Shown here piece after piece: positions 31,901-41,114 of a stretch of DNA of 64,000 nt. The DNA comes from Candidatus Latescibacterota bacterium (GTDB lineage Bacteria; Latescibacterota; CBDEFO01), in contig OZ252149.1 of assembly GCA_965248755.1 (NCBI GenBank), positions 2,592,001 to 2,656,000 of the forward strand, read 5' to 3'. The first letter of the stretch is position 1, and every line of letters begins with the position of its first letter. A model generated the notes under the pieces. It was not told the DNA's origin. It did no database searches and saw only the letters and a program-made list of their open reading frames with translations. The position numbers were made by a program, and so were the translations under genes.

Positions 31901-33009
31901 AGCGGCGGGACCACTCCGTGCAACATCAGGCATTTGCACCCTTCATATTGCCCATTATCTTCTTGCTATTTACCTCCTCCCCTTATGCTGGAATCTCCCA
32001 CCAATCCAGAGGAAAGATCGGATTTGAGTACGATGACAACACCTTTGAGGATATAAGCGGTGGAGCAGGAGGCATTCTCCTAAGAACATACATAAACAGC
32101 AAATTACAGATTCTCACCCTCAAAAGAGCTTCTGGCTCTGTGAACTATCAGACAGGTGCGAAAAGATATATATCCCCTCTCAATAGAAGTGGGCTTTCGG
32201 CTGGCAATCTGATAGCCAACGATCTGGATCTGAAGTTACGCCTGGGACTCCCTTTAAATGTGAGCGCATCGGGAGGGGCTAGGATCAAGCATAAAAAGGT
32301 CTTCGGAGAAAGAGGAGAAAGGCTCTCCCCCGATGACGGCTATCTTTGGGGAACGGTATCCTTTTCGCTCAGCTTTCCTATCCTTAGGCCACTCGTAGGG
32401 ACACTTACCTACGTCCGATCACTCCTGGACTTCGACAGCTTCGACGACTTCGACCGAAACGGGCACCAGTTTGATATCGGCATCGCATACAGATTCTACC
32501 GAAGGTTCAAAGCCGGAGTGCACTTCAAAAGGAAGGAACTCGACTTTGAGGGAGCCGTCGTCCTGCCTCCCGAATCGGAGAACCCTTCACAAAGGAAGAG
32601 AGAGGACACTTTCAGTCAGGTAGGGGTCGCATACCAGGCATACGTCCTCAAATCTCTTGTCGACTTTTCATACTCCTACCAGAGAAACTCATCTGTAAGC
32701 TTCGGAAGTTCGTATAGGAGCAACGTCTTCAGAGTAATCATAGTCAAGCACATACCTCTCAGCTCGACCGTTCAGATCTATGCCAGAATACAGACAAGAC
32801 GCTACTTCGACGACGTACAGATCCCCGATGAAGCGGAACCACTTACAGACGAAGACGAGCAGAACTCCCTCCAGATCAGAATATCCAAATCCCTTACCCC
32901 AAGATGGGACATCCAGACTCAGTACAGGATCAACAGAGATGAGTCGTCCCGAAAGATCGAGTTATACACTAAGGGACTCTACTCCGTGTCCCTAAACTAT
33001 TCCTTCTGA
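31897..33009 (+). CDS. probable outer-membrane beta-barrel protein
   Basis: Signal peptide, alternating aromatic strands, C-terminal YSVSLNYSF. Confidence 0.7.
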   Translation: MKRRDHSVQHQAFAPFILPIIFLLFTSSPYAGISHQSRGKIGFEYDDNTFEDISGGAGGILLRTYINSKLQILTLKRASGSVNYQTGAKRYISPLNRSGLSAGNLIANDLDLKLRLGLPLNVSASGGARIKHKKVFGERGERLSPDDGYLWGTVSFSLSFPILRPLVGTLTYVRSLLDFDSFDDFDRNGHQFDIGIAYRFYRRFKAGVHFKRKELDFEGAVVLPPESENPSQRKREDTFSQVGVAYQAYVLKSLVDFSYSYQRNSSVSFGSSYRSNVFRVIIVKHIPLSSTVQIYARIQTRRYFDDVQIPDEAEPLTDEDEQNSLQIRISKSLTPRWDIQTQYRINRDESSRKIELYTKGLYSVSLNYSF

Positions 33010-33024
33010 AGAGCGTTATTTTTA

Positions 33025-33058
33025 TCAGAAATCTGATACTCGACCCTCAGATTTCTGA
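33025..33058. promoter_or_regulatory. paired palindromes, candidate enhancer (UAS) or terminator
   Basis: TCAGAAATCTGA and TCAGATTTCTGA, 22 bp apart, about 100-130 bp upstream of a sigma54 promoter. Confidence 0.55.
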
Positions 33059-33155
33059 GATTTGTCCGACGATCAAGGGTCCTTTTGCCCGCTCTGATGT
33101 GGCGTAAGGGACAGAAATGGCCTTTTACGACCGGAGAAATCGCCATTTAATCGTG

Positions 33156-33170
33156 TGGCACGAATGTTGC
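33156..33170 (+). promoter_or_regulatory. sigma54 (-24/-12) promoter
   Basis: TGGCAC-GAATG-TTGC. Confidence 0.8.
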
Positions 33171-33439
33171 GTTTCGTTTTGTGCAGAGCAGCGACAATTC
33201 AAACCTTAAATCCCACACAAGAAAGGTTAATAACTGTGAAATTATGGATGCTGATAAAAGATATGAGCCTAATTGTTCTTGTATCAGGGCTTATGCTGTA
33301 TGTCGTCATCCAGATCGCCACTGTTCTGTTCTAACTTCAAGGAGCTGCCAGATGAAAAGGATGCTACTGTGTTTTGCGTTGATACCCGTTATTTGTGAAC
33401 CGGCTCTTTCACTTGCTCGTTTAATGAGGAGGTGACATC

Positions 33440-34708
33440 ATGTGCAAGATATTAAATTTCAGCTTCGTACTCTTGTTCTGCATCGGATTTACGCAATGCG
33501 GAGAACATAATCCCCTCTCACCGATTTTGAATGGGGCGCGCGACTTAACCGCAGCCGAAAAGCGTCTGGTCGAATCGGACAACAGATTCGGCATCAAACT
33601 CTTCAAGGCAATTGTCAAAGAAGAAGACTCCAAGGTGACATTTGCACCAGCACCCATAGAGGACAGAAACGTCTTTATGTCTCCGTTGAGCGTCTCTATG
33701 GCGCTGGGCATGACATACAACGGCACTAACGGGCGCACAGAGGAGGCGATGCGAAGGACGCTCGAACTAGATGATCTGACGATTCAGGAAATAAACGAGT
33801 CCTATAAAGGTCTGATAGAACTCTTAGCCAACCTCGATCCGAAGGTGAGATTTGATCTTGCAAATTCGATCTGGTATCGTCAGGGATACTCCTTTGAGGA
33901 GAAGTTCATGGATCTGAACAAGGCATATTTCGACGCCCAGGTGAGAGAGCTGGACTTCAGTGATCCGAGTGCCGTGGATATAATCAACGGATGGGTCAAT
34001 GACAATACCAACGGGAAAATCGATGAGATCGTGGACAGGATCGATGCTCGTACGGTGATGTTTCTGATTAATGCGATCTATTTTAAGGGAACATGGACCT
34101 ACCAGTTCGATGAAGAACTCACGAGAGACGATCTCTTTTTACCGCCCGACGGTTCAGAGAAATCGTGCAGGATGATGACTCAGAAGGGTGATTTCCAATA
34201 TTTTGAAAATTCCAATTTTCAAGCCGTCGATCTTCCCTACGGCGCCGGCGATTTCAGCATGGTCATCTTCCTTCCGCGCACGGAGAAGGACATGAATTCC
34301 CTGATTGAAGATTTTAATCAGGAGAACTGGGATCTCTGGATACACAGCTTTTCTGAACATGATGGGACTCTGCAATTGCCCAAGTTTACTCTTGAATATG
34401 AATTGGAACTGAACGATGTCTTGCAGGCGTTGGGGATGGGAATTGCTTTTTCGGGTCAGGCTGATTTTACCAAGATGTACAGACCAGGTGGTCTATTCAT
34501 CAGCAAGGTCAAGCATAAGACATTTGTAGACGTAGACGAAGAGGGCACAGAAGCCGCTGCAGTCACTTCTGTGGAGATACGTGTGACGGCAATTGCTCCC
34601 TCCGGTTTTTCAATGCGAGTTGACAGACCATTTGTATTTGCTATTCGAGAACATCGCACCGGCACCATACTGTTTATGGGCAGAATCGTTGCACCGACCT
34701 TGGGATAA
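33440..34708 (+). CDS. serpin 1 (lipoprotein)
   Basis: NVFMSPLSVSMAL, NAIYFKGTW, EEGTEAAAVT hinge, DRPFVFAI; lipobox-like FTQC. Confidence 0.95.
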   Translation: MCKILNFSFVLLFCIGFTQCGEHNPLSPILNGARDLTAAEKRLVESDNRFGIKLFKAIVKEEDSKVTFAPAPIEDRNVFMSPLSVSMALGMTYNGTNGRTEEAMRRTLELDDLTIQEINESYKGLIELLANLDPKVRFDLANSIWYRQGYSFEEKFMDLNKAYFDAQVRELDFSDPSAVDIINGWVNDNTNGKIDEIVDRIDARTVMFLINAIYFKGTWTYQFDEELTRDDLFLPPDGSEKSCRMMTQKGDFQYFENSNFQAVDLPYGAGDFSMVIFLPRTEKDMNSLIEDFNQENWDLWIHSFSEHDGTLQLPKFTLEYELELNDVLQALGMGIAFSGQADFTKMYRPGGLFISKVKHKTFVDVDEEGTEAAAVTSVEIRVTAIAPSGFSMRVDRPFVFAIREHRTGTILFMGRIVAPTLG

Positions 34709-34727
34709 TAGGAGGAGAGATACCACC

Positions 34728-35963
34728 GTGTTAAACATATTGAACTTCATCTTTGTACTCCTGCTCTGCATCGGAATTGTGCAGTGTGGAGAGGATAGTA
34801 CACTCTCACCTATTGTGAGCAATCCGCGTGATTTAACCGCGGCTGAGAAGCGTCTGGTCGAGTCGGACAACAGATTCGGACTTAAGCTTTTCAAGGAGAT
34901 TATCAGAGGCGAGGAGGACAAGAACGTCTTCATCTCACCTTTGAGTGTCTCAATGGCGTTGGGGATGACCTACAACGGCGCGAATGGGAGCACAGAGGAG
35001 GCGATGCGAAGGACGCTCGAACTAGATGATCTGACGATTCAGGAGATAAACGAGTCCTACAAGGGGTTGATAGAACTGTTAGCCAACCTCGATCCGAAGG
35101 TGAGATTCGATCTTGCGAACTCGATCTGGTATCGTCAGGGATTAGCCTTTGAGGAGGACTTTATCGATCTGAACAGGGCGTATTTCGATGCTCAAGTAAG
35201 AGGGTTGGATTTCGACAATCCGAACGCGTCGGACATAATCAACGAGTGGGTGGATGCGAGTACTGAGAGCAAGATTGAAGAGATCGTGCCGAAGGAGATC
35301 GATCCCAGTACGGTAATGTATCTTATCAACGCAATCTATTTCAAGGGCAGTTGGACCTACGAGTTCGATGAGAGCCTGACGAAAGATGATCTCTTTAGTT
35401 TGCCCGACGGTTCACAAAAGTCTTGCAAGATGATGAAGCAGGAAGGAGGCTTTCGATATTTCGAGAACTCCGACTTTCAGGCGGTCGATCTACCCTATGG
35501 AGATGGCGACTTCAGCATGACCGTTTTTCTCCCGCGCATAGGAAAGGACGTGGATTTCCTGATTGAAGAATTTAGTCAGGAGAACTGGGATCTTTGGATA
35601 AACAGTTTCTCCGAACATGAGTTGACTCTGCAATTGCCCAAGTTTACCCTCGAATATGACCTGACTCTGAACGATGTCCTGAAGGAGTTGGGGATGGAGG
35701 TCGCCTTCGACCGCGACCTAGCCGATTTTACCAAGATGTATACAGGGCCAGGTCGTTTGTACATCAGCAAGGTGAAGCATAAGACGTTCGTAAAGGTAAA
35801 CGAAGAGGGCACGGAGGCTGCGGCGGTTACTGCCGTGGATATGCAGATCGATTCGGTGCCCCCTTCGATGCGGGTAGACAGACCGTTCGTATTTGCGATC
35901 AGGGAGAACCGATCCGGGGCGATACTCTTTATGGGCAAGATCGTCGAGCCGACCTTGGGATAA
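34728..35963 (+). CDS. serpin 2 (lipoprotein)
   Basis: Paralog of serpin 1; GTG start after AGGAG. Confidence 0.95.
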   Translation: MLNILNFIFVLLLCIGIVQCGEDSTLSPIVSNPRDLTAAEKRLVESDNRFGLKLFKEIIRGEEDKNVFISPLSVSMALGMTYNGANGSTEEAMRRTLELDDLTIQEINESYKGLIELLANLDPKVRFDLANSIWYRQGLAFEEDFIDLNRAYFDAQVRGLDFDNPNASDIINEWVDASTESKIEEIVPKEIDPSTVMYLINAIYFKGSWTYEFDESLTKDDLFSLPDGSQKSCKMMKQEGGFRYFENSDFQAVDLPYGDGDFSMTVFLPRIGKDVDFLIEEFSQENWDLWINSFSEHELTLQLPKFTLEYDLTLNDVLKELGMEVAFDRDLADFTKMYTGPGRLYISKVKHKTFVKVNEEGTEAAAVTAVDMQIDSVPPSMRVDRPFVFAIRENRSGAILFMGKIVEPTLG

Positions 35964-36027
35964 GAGTCGAAGATCAAGTTACGGAGTGGTCGCACCACCG
36001 TTAATCCAAAATCATAAGGAGGACGAA

Positions 36028-36666
36028 ATAAAAACTATCGCGACAAGTCTTCTCATAGTGCTCTGCTCTATTACCGTAGTAAATGGGAAGCTAATTTTTA
36101 ACCAGGATTATGAGAGAGGTCTGGCCGATTGGACTCCGGGTTTCGATCTGCCTTTGGATCCTAACAACCCCGATAGTACGAGCCTGGTAGCCTGGGAGGT
36201 CGTCCCCCCAGACGAGCGGGTATTCTCCGGTGATCGGTCGCTCAAGCTCTTCATAGACGGTCGGCAAGACGACGGCACGGTCTGGCTCGCCGGGGAATTT
36301 CCCTCCTACCCGAGGCAGAACACGGACGTCAATGTGAATTTCCGGTTCTGGAGTCCGTTTAAGGGCGGCTTTAACAATCTGGCCTTTGTGGTCGGCTATA
36401 TCGGACAGAAAGAACCGAGGGCTGAGAGGGATTTTAAACTCCTGACTCCGATTGTCGAGGTGGGAGAGTGGGATCTGCTTTCCTTTTCATTCTCAGTGCC
36501 GCCCAACAAGGCAGAAAGTGTCTGGGTTGCCGTTGGGTTCACGGTCACGTGGGAGTCCGAGCAGACCTATTACATAGATGATGTAGTTGTGGAGGTCAGC
36601 GGTTCTCGACCGACGGCTGTGGAGGCGATCTCATGGGGTGAGATTAAGAGCTGGAGCCAACGGTAG
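36028..36666 (+). CDS. secreted hypothetical protein with TAVE..SWGEIKS C-terminus
   Basis: AAGGAGG then ATA start and signal peptide. Confidence 0.65.
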   Translation: MKTIATSLLIVLCSITVVNGKLIFNQDYERGLADWTPGFDLPLDPNNPDSTSLVAWEVVPPDERVFSGDRSLKLFIDGRQDDGTVWLAGEFPSYPRQNTDVNVNFRFWSPFKGGFNNLAFVVGYIGQKEPRAERDFKLLTPIVEVGEWDLLSFSFSVPPNKAESVWVAVGFTVTWESEQTYYIDDVVVEVSGSRPTAVEAISWGEIKSWSQR

Positions 36667-36702
36667 ACGGTTACAATTGAAGATTGGTTAAGGAGAAATA
36701 AT

Positions 36703-37113
36703 ATGATCTCCGGCATCAACCATATAACACTGTCCGTGAGGAATGTAGAGGAGTCCTTCGTCTTCTACACTCAAGTTTTGGGGTTTCAGCCTGCGGCGAA
36801 ATGGCCCAGAGGTGCTTATCTATTGGCCGATAACGTCTGGATTGCTCTCGTCCTGGATCGACATGTCCAAGAGAGCGTGCTTCCCGAATATACACACATC
36901 GCTTTTACCGTCTGCCCTCAGAACTTCGAAGCTCTGAGTGAGCGCATAACGCTTTCTGAGGCAGAGATTTGGCAGGATAATTGGACTGAAGGGGCATCTC
37001 TTTACTTTTTGGATCCTAATGGACATAAGCTGGAGATTCATGCGTCTGACCTCGAAACCCGAATAAGAACAGCAAAAGAGAGTCCGTGGGAGGGCTTGAA
37101 GTTCTATGTATAG
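36703..37113 (+). CDS. FosA/FosB-like VOC metalloenzyme (fosfomycin thiol transferase family)
   Basis: GINHITLSV, GAYL..VWIAL, YTHIAF, EGASLYFLDPNGHKLEIH. Confidence 0.85.
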   Translation: MISGINHITLSVRNVEESFVFYTQVLGFQPAAKWPRGAYLLADNVWIALVLDRHVQESVLPEYTHIAFTVCPQNFEALSERITLSEAEIWQDNWTEGASLYFLDPNGHKLEIHASDLETRIRTAKESPWEGLKFYV

Positions 37114-37151
37114 CCGGCAATGTGCAATCGTAACTTTAGGAGGTCGATAAG

Positions 37152-38384
37152 ATGAAAAGCATACTATTATCTTTTGTACTGATATTTCTGGTCTCTACAT
37201 CGTCCCACTCGCAGACACCGCGCATAGACGTGGTCTTCCTCTTAGATGCTACAGGGAGCATGGCGGACGAGATAGCCGTGGTCAAGGGTAAGATCAGGGA
37301 TATCATCACCGAAATCTCGCTTGGTGATCCCGCTCCCGACGTCAGGTTCGGAATTGTAGCCTACAGGGACAGAGGAGATGAATACGTGACCAGGTCATTC
37401 CCGCTCACAAGAGACCTCGATTCTATTGTGGAGAATCTAGAATCTATAGAGGCCGCCGGAGGTGGCGACTACGAGGAGAGCCTGAACGAGGCCCTGCACG
37501 TTGCCATAAACCAGATGAACTGGGACCTCGGTCCCCAAACGGTCAAGATCATCTTTCTGATCGCCGACGCTCCGCCGCACACAGATTATCCCGACGACTA
37601 CGATTACTGGGACGAGATACCTATAGCTCTGGAGAAGTTCATTATCGTCTACGCCATAGGAGCCAGCGGATTGAGTGAGGAGGGAGAAAGGATATTCACG
37701 GAGATAGCCGAGGGCACAGAGGGGACTTTTCAGTGGCTCACATATCAGAGGGAATTTGTCGATTCTGAAGGAGATACGGTGCTCGTCACCACAAAAGGAC
37801 GGGAAACTTCCTACACCAAGGGCGACAGCACGTGGATACCGTCGGAAGGAGAGGTCATATTCGCTGGAGAAGGACCAGGTGAAGGAGACGTTGTAACCGT
37901 AGGTGGAGAGCCTGGAAGGGGTGGAGACACCGGAACAGGTGGCGGTGGTACAGCAGTGGGAACTGCGGTGAACAATCTGGAAGCGCTAGTGACGGAGACC
38001 ATCAAAAGGCAGGCTAAGGAAAAAGGGGTAGAATACGAAGATCCCACGGCTGTCGAGGAAGAAACGGACACAGGCACATCGATACCAGAGCTATTTACGT
38101 TGGGAGATAACTTCCCCAATCCATTCAACCCAGCGACCGTGATTCCGTTCACAATAGCCTCAAGTTACGGATTCTCTATCAGATACGAGCTATCAGTCTA
38201 CGATATACTCGGGAAAAAGGTAAAAACCCTCTTTGAAGGGGGACTTTCCCCAGGAGAATACACTGTCGGATGGGACGGCACTGACGATGGAGGTAGGCAG
38301 GTCTCAAGCGGGATCTATCTGTACCGACTCAGTGCAGTGAACGGCTCGTTCTTGCAGGTTAAAAAGATGACATTGGCAAGATAA
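37152..38384 (+). CDS. secreted VWA-domain protein with FlgD-Ig/T9SS-like CTD
   Basis: DVVFLLDATGSM MIDAS; NFPNPFNP...WDG...SSGIYLYRL. Confidence 0.88.
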   Translation: MKSILLSFVLIFLVSTSSHSQTPRIDVVFLLDATGSMADEIAVVKGKIRDIITEISLGDPAPDVRFGIVAYRDRGDEYVTRSFPLTRDLDSIVENLESIEAAGGGDYEESLNEALHVAINQMNWDLGPQTVKIIFLIADAPPHTDYPDDYDYWDEIPIALEKFIIVYAIGASGLSEEGERIFTEIAEGTEGTFQWLTYQREFVDSEGDTVLVTTKGRETSYTKGDSTWIPSEGEVIFAGEGPGEGDVVTVGGEPGRGGDTGTGGGGTAVGTAVNNLEALVTETIKRQAKEKGVEYEDPTAVEEETDTGTSIPELFTLGDNFPNPFNPATVIPFTIASSYGFSIRYELSVYDILGKKVKTLFEGGLSPGEYTVGWDGTDDGGRQVSSGIYLYRLSAVNGSFLQVKKMTLAR

Positions 38385-38503
38385 TTGAACTGCAAACGGT
38401 GAGGTAGTCTGAGTGATATTGCTTCCCCCCGATAGATCCAATCGAGGGGCGAAAACCCCGAAGCAATCTCCCTGTCTGCTAAAACCCCATGGAGGTGATC
38501 TAA

Positions 38504-40909
38504 ATGAAATTCATTATGATTATGATTGCCATTCTCGCATTCGCAACATCTGTCCTTGCCGACGGCATAATACTACCTGAGCCTTGGGTTGACATCTCGA
38601 TCAAATATCACAGGGTCGAAGTTCAGATAAGGGATCAGGCCACGACCACGTTCATAGATCAAGTCTTCATAAACAACGCCAACTTCGACGTCGAAGGGAT
38701 CTACATGTTTCCCATCCCTGAAGGGGCGTCAATATCGGCATTCTCCATGTTCGTGGATGGAGAGCCTTTGAACGCCGAGATCCTGCCTGCCGACGAGGCG
38801 AGAAGGATATACGAGGATATAGTCAGACAGAGAATCGATCCGGCGCTCTTGGAATACGCAGGGCAGGGCGCATACAGGGCCAGGATCTTTCCGATCCCCG
38901 CGAACGGAGAGAAGCGGGTTCAGCTCTCCTACGACGAGATCATAGAGAGAGAGAATGACGTTTTGAAGTACACTTATCCGCTCAACACAGAGAAGTTCTC
39001 ATCCGAGTCGTTGGAGGATGTATCCGTAAGCGTCCAGATCAACTCCACAGATCCTATAAAGACCATCTACTCCCCGTCTCATGACATCGCGATCATAAAG
39101 TCGGACGACCACAATGCGCTGGCCATCTACGCCGATGAGGACACGACACCCACACAGGACTTCGTCCTCTACTACACCATATCAGAGGACAATGTGGGGA
39201 TCAATCTCTTGACATTCAGGGAAGAGGGTCTGGACGGATTCTATCTGTTATTGGCGTCGCCCAAGGTGGAGATAGCAGAAGATGAGATAGTAAATAAGAG
39301 GATGATATTCATACTCGATACGTCGGGGAGCATGAGCAGAGATAACAAGATGGAACAGGCAAAAGAGGCGTTAAAGTTCGTTCTGGACAACCTGAACGCT
39401 ACGGATGAGTTCAACATCGTGGCTTACAATACGATAGTGTCGGAGTTCTCTGATGTCTCCCTGCAGGCCACGCCGGAGAACGTCCTGAACGCCAAGGACT
39501 TCGTGGACGAACTCTTTGCAGGCGGCGGGACGAACATCAACGGTGCGTTTATAAGTGGACTGAGCTTTGTGGGGGAGGACGACCTGACAAACATGATGAT
39601 CTTCCTAACGGATGGTAAGCCGACCATAGGGGTTACAGAGAACAAACAGATCATAAGTAACGTCCAGAACGCCAACACACAAAACGTCAGGCTATTCGTC
39701 TTCGGAGTGGGATACGGCGTCAATACCATCCTTCTAGACGCCCTCTCAAGCCAGAACAGCGGTATATCGTCCTATGTGACACCCGAGGAGGACATCGAAG
39801 TCGAGGTTTCATCGTTCTACAGCAAGGTCAGCAACCCTGTCCTTTCCAATCTGGTTCTGGATTTTTCGAGCATCAGTGTCCTCGACTTCTACCCACAGGA
39901 GCTCCCTGATCTGTTTAAGGGCTCACAGATAATACAGTTGGGACGCTTCAGGGAAGACGGAACCAACGCGGTCATCCTGTCGGGAGACGTAAACGGCTCT
40001 CCGCTGGTCTTCCAAAGGGAAGTGGACTTCCCGCTTTTGAGCCTGGAGAACGACTTCATACCGAGGCTCTGGGCCACACGGAAGATCGGATTTTTAATTA
40101 ACCAGATAAGACTGCACGGACAGGATCAGGAGCTTGTGGACGAGATAATCTCCCTGTCTAAGGAATACGGCATAATCACCCCCTACACCTCGTTCCTTAT
40201 AGTTGAGGACGAAGTCCCACCCACCTTTGCGGATGGCTTTACAAAGGAGAGCGGAGCGGAAGCTGTAGCAGCTTCCGACGCCGCTGCTGGCTACAGCAGG
40301 GCCTCTAATGCTGAGGGAGTACAGAAAGAAGGGGTGAAATATGTGGGGAATAAGACGTTTTTCTTGAGAGACGGATTCTGGCAGGACAGCCGCTATACAA
40401 AGGGAGATCCTGCACTCGATTTCCGCTACGGAAGCGAAAGATATTTTAACCTAATAGCTCAGAGGCCGGAGATCGGACGCTACCTCGCATTAGGAACGAA
40501 CCTCATAGTCAAGTTCGAGGGGCAGACCTACAGGATAGGCGAAAGCATAACGGCTGTGGAGGAGGAAGGTGACAAGGGATCGTCCCTTCCCGATCAGTTC
40601 CAACTGGATCAGAACTTCCCGAACCCGTTCAATCCCAGGACCACTATCCGTTTTGCGGTACAACCTGAGGGTCAAAGAGCAACGGTGGGTCACACATTCC
40701 TGTCTGACATAGAACTGTCCGTCTATAACCTATCTGGACAGAGGATAAGGACACTTTTCTCCGGCAAGATGGAAAGCGGAGAGAATGCAGTTACGTGGGA
40801 CGGGAAAGACAAGGTTGGAAAAGACGTTGCAAGCGGAGTCTATCTATACAGATTGGATGTGGGTAAGGACAGCTTTACAAAGACGAGAAAGATGGTCTTG
40901 ATGAGATAG
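38504..40909 (+). CDS. secreted VIT + VWA protein with FlgD-Ig/T9SS-like CTD
   Basis: VIT (EGIYMFPIP, DPALLE), ILDTSGSM, RLWATRKI; NFPNPFNP CTD. Confidence 0.9.
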   Translation: MKFIMIMIAILAFATSVLADGIILPEPWVDISIKYHRVEVQIRDQATTTFIDQVFINNANFDVEGIYMFPIPEGASISAFSMFVDGEPLNAEILPADEARRIYEDIVRQRIDPALLEYAGQGAYRARIFPIPANGEKRVQLSYDEIIERENDVLKYTYPLNTEKFSSESLEDVSVSVQINSTDPIKTIYSPSHDIAIIKSDDHNALAIYADEDTTPTQDFVLYYTISEDNVGINLLTFREEGLDGFYLLLASPKVEIAEDEIVNKRMIFILDTSGSMSRDNKMEQAKEALKFVLDNLNATDEFNIVAYNTIVSEFSDVSLQATPENVLNAKDFVDELFAGGGTNINGAFISGLSFVGEDDLTNMMIFLTDGKPTIGVTENKQIISNVQNANTQNVRLFVFGVGYGVNTILLDALSSQNSGISSYVTPEEDIEVEVSSFYSKVSNPVLSNLVLDFSSISVLDFYPQELPDLFKGSQIIQLGRFREDGTNAVILSGDVNGSPLVFQREVDFPLLSLENDFIPRLWATRKIGFLINQIRLHGQDQELVDEIISLSKEYGIITPYTSFLIVEDEVPPTFADGFTKESGAEAVAASDAAAGYSRASNAEGVQKEGVKYVGNKTFFLRDGFWQDSRYTKGDPALDFRYGSERYFNLIAQRPEIGRYLALGTNLIVKFEGQTYRIGESITAVEEEGDKGSSLPDQFQLDQNFPNPFNPRTTIRFAVQPEGQRATVGHTFLSDIELSVYNLSGQRIRTLFSGKMESGENAVTWDGKDKVGKDVASGVYLYRLDVGKDSFTKTRKMVLMR

Positions 40910-40932
40910 TCCTCTTTTCATCGGAGAGTCAT

Positions 40933-40973
40933 AGAAGAGCCGAAGCTCAGTTTCTAAGGGCTTCGGCTCTTCT
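40933..40973 (+). terminator. intrinsic terminator
   Basis: AGAAGAGCCGAAGC / GCTTCGGCTCTTCT stem followed by T-rich sequence. Confidence 0.8.
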
Positions 40974-40995
40974 TGTTTGACCGATGAACTTTTTG

Positions 40996-41024
40996 TTGAC
41001 ATTTGTTTCATTTTACTTTATTAT
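40996..41024 (+). promoter_or_regulatory. sigma70 promoter
   Basis: TTGACA-N17-TATTAT. Confidence 0.55.
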
Positions 41025-41114
41025 TTTGACAATCTTCATCTTTTTTTCTGACATTTGTCTCATTTTGTGAGCCGTATCACGGTGCAGATACTAAATGTAG
41101 GGAGGGATAGTAAA

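Noticed and set aside
84..38450. 21-bp palindromes as CRISPR repeats or integron attC sites
   Set aside because: Dispersed over kilobases, no regular spacers, no cas or integrase gene, too short for attC
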